DNA of 64,000 bases from a virus, in the IMG/VR virus record IMGVR_UViG_3300030329_003230, positions 1 through 64,000 of that record; one strand, 5' to 3'. Position 1 is the first letter of the stretch; every line of letters starts with the position of its first letter. The notes beneath the pieces were generated by a model. That model was not told the DNA's origin. It ran no database searches and saw nothing but the letters and a program-made list of their open reading frames with translations. Of the stretch, positions 47,277 through 59,100 are shown piece after piece. The position numbers and the translations under genes were made by a program.

Positions 47277-48832
47277 ATTATGATGAAGAATATGGCTACA
47301 ATGAAGAAGTATTAGATGAAGAACAAGAGTTAGTTAGGGAAATTGATTTACCAGCTATTGTAAGAAACTGGGAAAAGGTAGCTACTTCTTATTCTAGAAA
47401 TAATAACATACCCGCAATAATAGGTTTCTATTCTTTATTGGGTGATATGGTAAAGAATATGGTAGAGATACCTTTTAAGGATACAACAATAGATACAAGA
47501 ATACATTTTTGTTGGATTCAAACAGCAAGGACTGGTAAAACCACTCTACTATCTTATGTTCTTAGCCCTGTAGCTAAAGAAATATATGAAAAATTAGCAG
47601 ATGATAAATATGTTAATTCTAAAGTAGTTAATTTTGCAGACTATACTACCGCCGCATTAATTGGTAGTCATACTGAAAATAAGAAATTCAACGAAGATGC
47701 TGAGGAATTATGCCAACAGGAATTGGACGCAATAGATAATAATGAAATGTTAGATGTTGATGAAAGAACAAATAGAATTAATGCTGCCATTAAGAAAAGA
47801 GATAGAACCAAAGATAATTGGCATATACATTTAGGCCCCATTCACGGAGAAGGGATATGGATAGCTGATGAATTTGAAGGTAGTGGTATTTTCAAAGAGA
47901 AAAGTCACAAAGAGAATATGAATATTGTATTTCAAACTTTAATGAATAATTTCCATAGTGGTGGAAATGTATATGAAAAAATATTGACTGGAAAACCAAC
48001 TATTACTCTTGATTCTAGATATACTATTATTGCTAGTACTTTTACTCCCGAACATTTATTAAAAACAGTAGCACAAAAAGGAACTCTTCAAAGATTTTTA
48101 CCTTTTGTATGGGATGTTCCTGACGATATCATTACTACAATGAGAAAGAAAGTTATCAGTGGGTTTGGAATAATACCTGAAAGAAGAGGACCGCCTCTAC
48201 AATTAACTGAAGGTTTATTGAATATATACAAATTAATGAAAGAGAGGTTTATTTCTGTAGACAAAGATATGTTCCGAACTATAACCTACGATGAAACAGT
48301 TGGAGATAGTTTAGATTTAGAACATAGTAATTTACTTAGATATATTAAAGATGTTAATCCTAAAATAAGAAGTATAATTAGATTATTTGAGCAAAATCTA
48401 GTAGAATATATTGCTAAATTAGCTGTATTGAATTGTATAGCTATGGCAAGGGGAATCAGTAATGAAAATCAAAGATTTATTGTTATGCCACAAAATGTAA
48501 GACAAGGAGCATATATTGTAAGGAAATGCTACATGGCTTTAGTCGATTGGTTAGAGAATGCTATTAAAATCGATAGACGTAACTTAATTACAAAAAGTAA
48601 CTGGCCAGAATTTGAAAAGGCATATGGCATAGCTAAGAAAAATGCGAAATCTGCGGAAACTTTAGATGGAGGTTATGTCTCGAAAACATTAGTACTGTTT
48701 GAAGCAGGTAAAATAATCCAAAGAGCCCCCGCACAAGTGTATAGGAATTTTGATAAAGTAAGTGAAATGTTTGAGAGTAAAAAGACAGGAAGAATAGTGT
48801 ATATTAGGCCGAAAATGGAGGAAGAGAAATGA
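47273..48832 (+). CDS. P-loop ATPase, probable replicative (MCM-like) helicase
   Basis: TARTGKTT, WIADEFE, GTLQRF arginine-finger-like motif. Confidence 0.6.
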   Translation: MNYDEEYGYNEEVLDEEQELVREIDLPAIVRNWEKVATSYSRNNNIPAIIGFYSLLGDMVKNMVEIPFKDTTIDTRIHFCWIQTARTGKTTLLSYVLSPVAKEIYEKLADDKYVNSKVVNFADYTTAALIGSHTENKKFNEDAEELCQQELDAIDNNEMLDVDERTNRINAAIKKRDRTKDNWHIHLGPIHGEGIWIADEFEGSGIFKEKSHKENMNIVFQTLMNNFHSGGNVYEKILTGKPTITLDSRYTIIASTFTPEHLLKTVAQKGTLQRFLPFVWDVPDDIITTMRKKVISGFGIIPERRGPPLQLTEGLLNIYKLMKERFISVDKDMFRTITYDETVGDSLDLEHSNLLRYIKDVNPKIRSIIRLFEQNLVEYIAKLAVLNCIAMARGISNENQRFIVMPQNVRQGAYIVRKCYMALVDWLENAIKIDRRNLITKSNWPEFEKAYGIAKKNAKSAETLDGGYVSKTLVLFEAGKIIQRAPAQVYRNFDKVSEMFESKKTGRIVYIRPKMEEEK

Positions 48833-49056
48833 ACGTGACTTGGGAAAATAAATATGTGGTATTCGATGTACAGGATGGCCCTAAAACTATGATAGAATCA
48901 TTAAACACTGAAGGTATTGACGGTTGGGAAGTAGCATCAATCGTTAGTGTAGCAGGGAATAAATTATGTGCTTTTCTAAAACGTGGAGAATACACTGTAG
49001 AACCTACTGCTGAAGAAGAAAAGAAAGAAGAGATTATGTCATTATGGGGTAAGTAA
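48829..49056 (+). CDS. DUF4177-like protein
   Basis: WENKY...LNTEGIDGWEV...FLKR. Confidence 0.65.
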   Translation: MNVTWENKYVVFDVQDGPKTMIESLNTEGIDGWEVASIVSVAGNKLCAFLKRGEYTVEPTAEEEKKEEIMSLWGK

Positions 49057-49656
49057 ATGCCAAATGTTATGGCGATTGACTTAGAAACTAAGAATTTATC
49101 ATCAGATATTGGTGGTTGGGGTAATACCCATATGTTTCTAGTTTCTACAGTAACAACTTGGAACGGTAATACTGGTACTATTTATGTTGATGAACCAGTA
49201 TCTGATTCTTTTGTTAAGTCAGGGGTCCAGACTAAAACTCTTAACGAATTAAAATTTGATTTAGATGAACACTTCAAAAAAGGCGGATTACTATTAGGTC
49301 ATAACATTATATCTTTTGATTTACCAGTACTAAGAGATGCTATGGATATTTATTGTATTAGAAAATATATGACCCATAAACAATATATCGACACTAGCCA
49401 ATATTTACTAAAAGAAAGGGGAGAAAGATACGCACTAAACAATTTAGTTGACCATACTTTAGGAAGACAAAAGACTCTACACAGTATGGACGCACCCCGA
49501 TTATGGAAAGACGGAGACTATGATGCTGTAGTGGACTATTGTTTAAAAGACTCCCAATTAGTATATGATTTATGGAAATATGGTCAGCAAGAGGGAACAG
49601 TAAAGGCTTTTAATATAGACCAAGAGGAGGAAATAGAGATGGAGGTGAATTGGTGA
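49057..49656 (+). CDS. DEDD-family 3'-5' exonuclease (RNase H-like)
   Basis: IDLET, GHNIISFD, YCLKD. Confidence 0.85.
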   Translation: MPNVMAIDLETKNLSSDIGGWGNTHMFLVSTVTTWNGNTGTIYVDEPVSDSFVKSGVQTKTLNELKFDLDEHFKKGGLLLGHNIISFDLPVLRDAMDIYCIRKYMTHKQYIDTSQYLLKERGERYALNNLVDHTLGRQKTLHSMDAPRLWKDGDYDAVVDYCLKDSQLVYDLWKYGQQEGTVKAFNIDQEEEIEMEVNW

Positions 49657-50148
49657 TGAGTACTGGAGAAGTTTTTGGCTGGATTATGTTCATCATTTTC
49701 ATTAGCATTTTGTTCTTTGCTGCCTTCGGTAGCACTTCCATAACGGAAGAAACTGTTGAAGAATACATCGGTAATCTCATGAGAGATGATGATACGGTTA
49801 TTAAGAGATAAATATGGTTTTGAAAAAGAAATGTATAGCATGTGGAAAATATAGCATACCGAGAAGAATAAAAGGGGCCTACATAGGTTCAAATGATATT
49901 ATCAAAATTTGGGAATGCCGTTCTTGTCTTCATTTATGGAGATAGGAAAAAGATTATACAATTAATCCCCCTGTAAATTCATGATAACCTTGCTAGTCGA
50001 ATTGGCCCTTTTCATGATATTTTTATTTGGATTATATTTCACAATAATGGTACAAATAAACAAGGTATTCGATGAAGCATTAACTGAGTTATTCCAAGAA
50101 GGCGAACTACAAGAGTTAGCTTGGTCAGGACTCCACGATAAAAAGTAG
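49656..50148 (+). CDS. Three micro-ORFs: membrane peptide 49656-49811, Zn finger 49814-49945, membrane peptide 49981-50148
   Basis: Read by hand: MSTGEVFGWIMFIIF..., CIAC...CRSC, MITLLVELALFMIF... Confidence 0.55.
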
Positions 50149-50182
50149 GGCGAGGGGCTTCGGCTCCTTGCTCTTTTTTTTT
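50148..50182 (+). terminator. Terminator of the plus-strand block
   Basis: GGGCGAGGGGC-TTCG-GCTCCTTGCTC hairpin and T tract at the convergence point. Confidence 0.75.
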
Positions 50183-50448
50183 AATTTTATTTTTATTGGG
50201 GTAGATTATTCTTCCCTATTTTATCTTTATTTAAAAGTAAACAGAAATGAAAGAAGACTTTTTTCAATAGAATTTCAACATTGTACTTTTTTTTCTTACG
50301 GCTTATAACGTATGCCGACTTTTTTCAATAAATACCCTATAAATTAAGGTATTTTATAGAGAATTTCTAGTAAATGGCGAAATGCGCTTCCTAATGTGTA
50401 ACCAATGAGTAAAGAAAATATTGAACCCATAACCAAAGACATATTTCC

Positions 50449-52827
50449 TCAAGCAGACGGTAAAGTTATCCAACCTTCAGTTCCGTTTAATCCGTGAGAA
50501 CCACTTGCAGCACCAAATTGCCCATCAGTATAAGCCATTAGAGTTATTGATTGCATAGTAGTTAATGTAATTACATTTGGAGCAGTAACTAATGGATGGG
50601 CAGTACTAGAACCTCCATCTAATACATCTGAACCAGAACCACCAGTACCACTATTATTAGGTATAATTGTAACAGTTCCATCACTAATATTTTTGAATAT
50701 GAAAAACATTTGTGCTACCCCACTTGCAGCAGGTAAACGATAATTATGAGCCGTAGAACTAGCGTGATTTAGACAAACTATTGTTTTACTTAAACTTAAA
50801 CTATCTACTCCACCAGCACCAGCACCTGAATTATTAACTTCTACTGGTTCTAAAGAAGTATAACCATTAGTGATTAATCCAGTAGTAGCAGTAACAGTAG
50901 TACCAGCAGTTATACCACCCGCAACAGATACATTATCTGAAGTATCCATCGTAATTGTGGCTCCTCCATCAGATGCTTGAATTACGTTTCCTGCAACTCT
51001 TAATTTACCATCAGAAGTTATTCTAATTGCTTCCGTTAATGTGCCATTTAAACTAGTTGAAAAAACCATAGCTGAATCTTGAGTACTTCCAGTAGCAGTA
51101 AATGATTGTTCTTTCAAAACTTGTATTTTACCAGAATCAACAGCGTTACCACCAGTATCTTCTAAATCAAACTGTATTGATACTTTACCAGCAGTACTTG
51201 CTGCGTCACTTTGATTGGTTAATTTTAGAGCAATTAATTCAGCATCTGTATCTTTACTTATTTCTAACATGCTGTCAGGGGCTCTTGTCCCAATACCAAC
51301 TAAACCTGTTTTAGTTATAGTAAAATCAGAATCAGTATAAGCACCGGCATCATCTGTAGCAGTGTTATAACCTATATGTAAAATATTATCTTGTGCAGTA
51401 GTTGCAGTACCTATAGCCCAATTATGATGAGTGGACCCATCTATATTTGTCATAATTATATTTGTACCATTATTACCAACATTGTTAGATACTAACTGCA
51501 TTCTTGCATCATCGTCTTCTATGATTAAATTTACATAATCATCAGGGTCATAATTTGATACTGCTGTTTCTTTAATATGTAATTGTGCTGATGGATTAGA
51601 TGCTCCAATACCTACTCTACCAGTTCTAATATGCATTGTGTCATTATCTGCACCAGCAACTTTAGTTCTAAATATAAAACCGCCATCTTCAGTACTATCA
51701 CTTTTATCGAATATTCTACAATAGATGTGAGCATAATCAATTTCTTCAGGCGTACCTGCATCATTCATTCCAGCAAAAATAATTTGACCTACATAATCAT
51801 CATCTGCTGGACTTGAACTTGTTCTTAGGAATTTAATATCGGGAGAACTGTTAGTACCAGCATCTGTGCTTTCTACTATTAACGCTGGTGTAGTGTCAGC
51901 ATTTAATGCATATTTAATGTGTAAAGGAGCATCAGGTGTGGTTTCTCCAATACCTACATGTCCACCATTAAATAGAGCAGCATAATTAGTATCACCACCT
52001 GAAACTGTAACATCAAGACCAGTAACGGTTTGAGTTCCACTACCTGCCCCTACAACATCAACATCCATACCTATTGCAGTTGAAGTTCCTTTACTCGATG
52101 AAGTAACATCTAAATCAATTCCTATATCGTTATGAGCAGCAGTTCCACTATCTTGGGTTGCTCTATCAAAATCAATTTTTAATGTGGTAATATCTTCAGC
52201 ACTAACAACAGTTGCTGCTCTATCTTTATCAATTATAACTCCACCAAGAGTTGGAGTAACTGTAATTCCAGAACCATCACCAGTAATATTACCCGATTCT
52301 GCATAATAACTACCAGCATCATACCCTATAGATACAGAATTCTTTTGTTTATCTAATGTGAATAATTGGAAATCATAATCAGCCTTATCATCATTTGTAC
52401 CTGCGGTAATTTTTACTAAAGCAATAGGAATATATCCTGCTGTGATGTCTGCCACTAAAGGTGTAGCAGCCGCAGTTCCTTGAACAATACTTAGGGATGG
52501 ATTTCCTCCAATATTGGGATTTAATAGAACCCAATCGTATCTAGTATGAGAAGCATGTTGAACGGTTGATGAATATGCCTCATCTAAATTGGTTCCATAA
52601 GTAGCATATTGTCCCTTTGAAGTAAAATGAATAGGTTGGGCTAAGTTATATTGTGTGTATGTTCCACCATCAGTAATTGTGAATCCTGCATGTCCTATAC
52701 ATATATCCCCTTCAGAATAAGCCTGTAATGCTTTAACTATTCCTGAATGAATATTATCTGTTCCGTCAATTAAACCCGCATTTGGTGTTGCTGCTAATTT
52801 AGTTATTTTTCCTTGATTTGCTACCAT
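50449..52827 (-). CDS. Tail fibre / receptor-binding protein
   Basis: G/T/S/A-rich; repeated G.VGIG...P...LHI units typical of fibre shafts. Confidence 0.8.
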   Translation of the reverse strand: MVANQGKITKLAATPNAGLIDGTDNIHSGIVKALQAYSEGDICIGHAGFTITDGGTYTQYNLAQPIHFTSKGQYATYGTNLDEAYSSTVQHASHTRYDWVLLNPNIGGNPSLSIVQGTAAATPLVADITAGYIPIALVKITAGTNDDKADYDFQLFTLDKQKNSVSIGYDAGSYYAESGNITGDGSGITVTPTLGGVIIDKDRAATVVSAEDITTLKIDFDRATQDSGTAAHNDIGIDLDVTSSSKGTSTAIGMDVDVVGAGSGTQTVTGLDVTVSGGDTNYAALFNGGHVGIGETTPDAPLHIKYALNADTTPALIVESTDAGTNSSPDIKFLRTSSSPADDDYVGQIIFAGMNDAGTPEEIDYAHIYCRIFDKSDSTEDGGFIFRTKVAGADNDTMHIRTGRVGIGASNPSAQLHIKETAVSNYDPDDYVNLIIEDDDARMQLVSNNVGNNGTNIIMTNIDGSTHHNWAIGTATTAQDNILHIGYNTATDDAGAYTDSDFTITKTGLVGIGTRAPDSMLEISKDTDAELIALKLTNQSDAASTAGKVSIQFDLEDTGGNAVDSGKIQVLKEQSFTATGSTQDSAMVFSTSLNGTLTEAIRITSDGKLRVAGNVIQASDGGATITMDTSDNVSVAGGITAGTTVTATTGLITNGYTSLEPVEVNNSGAGAGGVDSLSLSKTIVCLNHASSTAHNYRLPAASGVAQMFFIFKNISDGTVTIIPNNSGTGGSGSDVLDGGSSTAHPLVTAPNVITLTTMQSITLMAYTDGQFGAASGSHGLNGTEGWITLPSA

Positions 52828-52828
52828 C

Positions 52829-53191
52829 TTATTTCACCTGCACCACAATTGTAAATTCTAAAATATCAGTTGCCGTTATTGGCCCCACACCATCAAAATC
52901 AATTCTGTTTAACATATTACCACTACTATCAAAAATTCCTACTTCTGTTATTGTATATCCAGTTAACGCCGAAGCACTTCCTAAGAAACTCGCCTTGAAT
53001 TCCACTCCTGTATCATTTGCTAATGTTGATGAAATATTACTTGTTACCGTTGGTACTCCATTTGTTGTTCTTGGTGAATCTAATTCATTTGCGCTTGGAT
53101 TAGTACTATCTGTTCCTGTTCCTACATCCATACTGGCAAAATTAGTTTTAATTAACGTTGCTATCTGTTTCTTTCCTTCTTCTGTTATCAT
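52829..53191 (-). CDS. Small baseplate/tail structural protein
   Basis: MITEEGK...VGTGT...ITEVGIFD..GNML motif of fibre-attachment domains. Confidence 0.7.
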   Translation of the reverse strand: MITEEGKKQIATLIKTNFASMDVGTGTDSTNPSANELDSPRTTNGVPTVTSNISSTLANDTGVEFKASFLGSASALTGYTITEVGIFDSSGNMLNRIDFDGVGPITATDILEFTIVVQVK

Positions 53192-56100
53192 TCAAACGCC
53201 TTCCCTTTAGTTAAATCTAAATCCAACATTAATGTCTTATTGGATAGTGTTGCTGTTCCTCCACTCAAAGTAAATCCTAATGTGGTACTGAATCCTAATA
53301 ATGCCCCCGAAGAGAAACCTAAATTTGTACTTGCGTCTGCTGGACAATACAATAAGTCTCCTTTAGTTAAAGTGACACTGAGAGGAGTAACAAGAGTAAT
53401 CTGAGTAGAACTTACTGATTCTATAACCCCTAAGTTAGTACCAGCGTTTGTGTAGAGGTTCGCTCCAGCAAGGAAAGTGCTACTAATATCAATAGTTGTT
53501 GAAATTTTATCACCACTAGATACAGTAGCAGCAACGCCGGTATAATTCATATCAGCACTAGTAGTTATTTTATGAACTTGTAATGTTACTTCTCCTATCT
53601 CTAATTCATCAAATAAATCGATATCTTGGTTAAGAGTTTCTGCTATATCTTCTTTGAAAGTTCTATCTAATCGTTTAATTTCAGTAATATTTTCAGCCAA
53701 CAATTGACCCAATCCCTTTGAATATTTACTCAAAGTTAATTTGACAACTCCATCTATAGAATAGTCAATTCCAGTTATCATATAATTCGAACGAGGAATA
53801 TTTTCAGATGGATAATGAACAACTACACTATCTGCAATTTTAACTAATTCAGTACCTCTTCGGTCAGTTTCTATTTTTAATTCTATATTTTCAGAAGAAT
53901 GTAATCTCAATAATTTTTGAGCCAATTGTTCTGCTTGAACTTTATCAGAAATTGTTCTATCTATTCTTTCTAATGTCCTTTTACCTTTTAATTTGATACT
54001 TTCTAAATCTCTTTTTCTGACTTTCAAATCTTTACCATATACCACTACGTCATTGTATAACTCAAAGGTGTTTTTATTTTTGGAAGCCAACATAATATTT
54101 TGAGTATCTTTATTCATTTCATCTATTTCGATAGATGTATTACGTTCAAAATCTTTAGAAGAAGATACTTCTATAGTGTTATTATCAACATATAATTCTA
54201 AGTCTTTGTTACCCAATATAGAACTACAGGCTGAAAATAAGTTAGATTCTCCACCAAGGAATTCAGGAGCCATAAAATAACTTTTAGGGGTTTCTGTCAC
54301 TGAAGTTATATCAGACCTTTTAGTATAATCTATTTCTTCTTTCTTTAAAATATTATTAACTATATCTTCTATCTCTGGAGCAACTGTTACTCCTACTCCT
54401 ATTGATGCGCTTTTTATATCACTCAGAGTAATTCTATCTTTAGTTGTAATTTCAAATATTTCCCCAATAGACAATATCCCTGCCGCCTCTTGCATATTAG
54501 TGAAAGATAATTCTGTACTGTTAGTGGACGCTTTAACTAACATAGTATCTTCCACTCTTATTTCACCATCTGTTTTTAACACATTATACTGAGTATTATT
54601 AGTAAATGGTTTACCAGAACCAAATAAGTTTCCTTTATCTCTACAAACAACATAATCGGAATTATCTGTATCTACATCTAAAGTAACATACATTGATAAT
54701 AACCCTTCATTGAATGGACTATCAATAGAATTATTTGTATTATTAGAATTAAACGAATTATTTATTTGTCCATACATCTCATTAGAGTATGGTTTTTTAC
54801 TCGTTTTTCTACTCATTACATATGTTTCAATATTATTAGGAGTAAAATTATATGTGCAAATTTCAGCGGGTTTCATTATTCTAAAGTGAGTATTTTTAGG
54901 AATATTAACATCATCAGTTAGACTAGAATCATATGCGCCATCAATATAAATTATATGTCGAATAATGTTATCTCTACCTTGAGTACCAGAACCAGTGGGT
55001 TCTTCAGCCTGACTTTTAACCTGAGTTTCGTGAGATACAACATAATATATTTTATCTGGAGTTATTCCTTCTACATTCCTAAAGAAATTACTACTAACAT
55101 CAGTTCCTATGTTCTGTGATATTGTTTCTTTAGTAGAAATTTTAGCAACTGTGGTATCATTCGCATTATTAGAAAAAGCAACATCTACAGTCAAAGCAGT
55201 ATCACTTGTTATACCTGTAATAATTCTAGTTTCTCCACTAACAGTTATTGAATCCCCTACAGATAATTCTGTTAAAAATTGTGTTCCTACTCCAGTTACT
55301 GAAGTAGAAGCAGCAGGGTCTATACTTCCAGTTAATGAATCTGAAGTAGTTCCGCTTAAATTTTTATCAAATAATGCTTCACTAGACTTACTTTCTCCAC
55401 TGTAAGAACCTGCTTCTGATACTAAATACATTCCAGTTAAATCTACAAAATTTAAGAAACCGTTACCTGCGGCTTGCGGTGGTTCACTAGTGTCAAAGGT
55501 ATCAATTTCTATTCTAACTAATTTCTTACCATCTGGAGAATTTTTCCATTCTACATCGGTAATATTTCCAGTAGAATAATTCTTAGAAATGTAATCATAT
55601 AAGAAATTAAATTTTATTTTATTTATGGCTGTGTAAGATTTTTGAGTAATAGTAGAATCATTAGCAGTAGTTGCGGAATAAGAATCATTGTATTTCCCTA
55701 ATGTTAAGGGAGTAGTTAACGTAGAAAATTCAGTGGAAAAGAATCCCATATCTAACATAGAAATATTACTCATTCTAAGTGGATAATATGGGAATTTATT
55801 ACTTGCGAATGTATTAAAATCAGTACCTTCTCTAAATCTATTACCTGATTTTGGATTATAATAATAAAAACTGTAACAAGGCATTACACTACCACTTAAC
55901 ATATTAGGGGTAGGATTAACAGCGGGCAAGTCATTATCAGTTACACTTGTATCTAAAGATAATACAAATACTGGACAGGCAACATATGTTAATGAACTAC
56001 CAGAGTAACCAGTACCTCCATCAGTGGCAAAATTACTAACGCCACTATAAATAGCATTATTAATTGGGTCTAATCTAGTAATGGCTCCACCGGATGCAGT

Positions 56101-59100
56101 AACTCTATACACAGCATTGAATTTAGCATTATTAGTTCTACCACCACTACCAGTAAAATCACTTTCTAAAATTAAAGCAACAACATCATTAGTAACATAA
56201 CCAGTACCACCCGCAGTTATACTAGTAATAGCACTACCCATAGCACTAGAAGTAGTAGTAATCCTTGCCATCTTACCGTATTGGGGGATAGTTCCACCAC
56301 TTGCGCTTCTTGTTGATTGAGTAGGAGTGGCATCACAAGTTTTTATTCCTGTAATAGAATGCCAAACTTGAGAATTATCAGTACCTGCACCAGTTGAAAT
56401 AGGATACAAGAAATTTATTTTCATTCCGTCGATTAAAGGAATATAATCGCTACCTGAATATCCGTTCTGTCTAGGTAAAAATATGAAATCATTACCAGTT
56501 ATTCTAATCATAGTATGAGTTAAATCCTGTGCGTTTGCAGATAAGTTAGGATAAGCCTGACCCTCTATGCCAGTTATGTAATCATTTTGTGCTCCGGTAA
56601 CTGTCGCTACAATTTTACTCATATTAGTTATAGGTAAAGTAGAACCTTGCATTAGTGTAAAGAAATTATTACTTAAATTTCTATAAATTGATTGGTTAGT
56701 TCCTAAATCTTCTAAAATTAATTGAATAGTTCCATCATAAGGTCTAGTGGGTATCATCGGTAAACCGTTAGTTGTACTTGCTCTAGTTGAGAAATCTGGA
56801 TGTTGAAAACTGTGAGAAATTAAACCCTTTCTAATTAAAGATGGTTCTTGTAATCTTCTTATTTCTTCATAAATACTGTAAGGCTTACTTAATGCCGCTA
56901 CTCCTATGTGATTATAATTTCTAAACCCAGTCTTTCCATGAAAGTAGTAATTATTGTAAGGAGAAGCAATCCATCTTTGGGTAGTAGTGCTACCAACGTG
57001 ACTATTACCACTTAATTCTACATATTGGTGTAATAATGGACTAAATTTATTAGATACTGCATCTAATTCTTTGTATTTATCATCTGAATTTAACCAACTG
57101 AAATCGTTTATTTTAGATGGGTCGCCGTTATCACCAAATAAAGAAAGGGCTAATGTAGCAGTATCAGTACTACTTGTAGCAGCATCTAAATCTGGATACA
57201 CTGGAGATTGTGGATTTTTAAGAGCGTTAGTATTTCTAGTGATTAATTTAGTACTAACCCTACTGCCGCCACTTGAGGCTAAAGATGCCATATATACTGG
57301 CCCAATGTAACTAGTAGCGTGGAAAGTTCCAGAAGCCCCACCCTCATGTAATTCTATAAAATGCCCCGAAGCACCAGAAATAGGGTGAGTAGTAACATAA
57401 TTATTCGCTTTACCAATTAATTCTCCAAATCTAGTAAATAAATAATGCCCATCAATACTACCACTCGCTTCAGGGTCTGCATCTAAAGTAAGATATCCCA
57501 TCCTTGTGCCTGAAACGCTATTTGTATAAGCAGTAATTTGGAAATTATTCAAATTAGTACCATCAATATTATCAGGTAAATCTATTGGTTGATTCAAATA
57601 ATAATGTTTGATATCGCTATTATAGAGGCTTTCCTTTACAGTTGGTGGGTTTTCACCATCAATTGGGTTAAATGTAAAATCATAAGTTGCTTCTATTAAT
57701 CTCATTAATCCGAATCTTTTTATTTGGTTTGGGGTTATAGATGCCGAATTAATATCTAGGGTTTGTTGAGAAGTATCCAAATATTCATCTCTTGGGATTG
57801 TTCCTAAATATTTATCTTGTTTTAATTCACCTACTTTTTCTGGACTATGTGATTTTAAAATCAAAGAGTAATCAGTAAATACACTATCAGATAAAAACCC
57901 GATGTGATTATCTCTTCTCATAGATTCAGGTAAAATATCAGAAATTGAAAATAAGAAATAAGTTGGTGATTTTGGGTCAGATACTTGTAGCATATCTCTT
58001 ATTTCTAATATAGAATTGTATCCGTGTCTTGGTAGATGGGGGCTTGCATCACCACTAGTTTCATCATAATGGAAAGAACCAACAGAAAAAGTATTGCTAC
58101 CGGGTATTCCCGCTTTAGGTATCATATAGATTGGAGCCATTAAATCATCATCTTGTAAAAGAGAATTAGAACCTGTAGTAGCAGTATTTGTTTCAGCATA
58201 GAATTTCTCATAATCTCCGAAATTACTACCTAAAATACCAAAAGTTCCTCTTTCGTAGGGGGCTGGATATAAATTTTTAATCATTAAAGAGTTATGAACG
58301 TAATTTTTTGTATAATCTGTTCTTAATTCTTTAGTTAAAGACTCTTCAATAGTAATTCCACCCCTATTTCCGGGGTAAAATTTTACTAATTGGGCTACAC
58401 CTTTAACTTTAGAAGAAGTATTTGAGTAATTTAAATTATGAGAACTTTCAATATAATTTATTTTTTTAATCGGATTTCTATTGAGCGTTCCAGATTTAAA
58501 TCTATTTAAATTAGTATATTTGAAATATAACCCACCATAGGGAAAAAAGGTAAGAGGTACTGGAATTTTATAAGCATTAGAAATATTAGAGCCTTTTATT
58601 GAATCAATAGGAGCGATTATACCCCCAACAGGTAAACCTTGAGTGTTAATTAAATATAAGTGGTCTGTATTATTTTCACCTAACACCTGAATACTAGTGA
58701 CTCCTGACATTGAATCTTGGATATTCCTATCCATTTCTATTACATAATAAACTACAGAAGTATCGGCTGTAGCATCTAAAATGTGAGTCTCAAAAAATCT
58801 TTTTCCTGTACCTAAATACACTCCAGAAGTATTGTAAATTGGACCTAATAACCTCTTTAAAGTGGCATCACTCATAGCAGAAGGTAAAAAACCAGTGATT
58901 CTATTACCTTTACAATAAGCATGAATTGTAGTTAAACTATCATCAGCAAAAACAGAATTACTAGTTTCATTAGGGTTTTGGTCTACTCTTCCTAAAATGA
59001 CGGGGAAAGTTGGGGCTACTCTAATTGTAGTGCTAGCATCAGAATTAGGATTAAATGATACTATAGTATATTCTGATAAACTATTAGGGGAATAAGAGTT

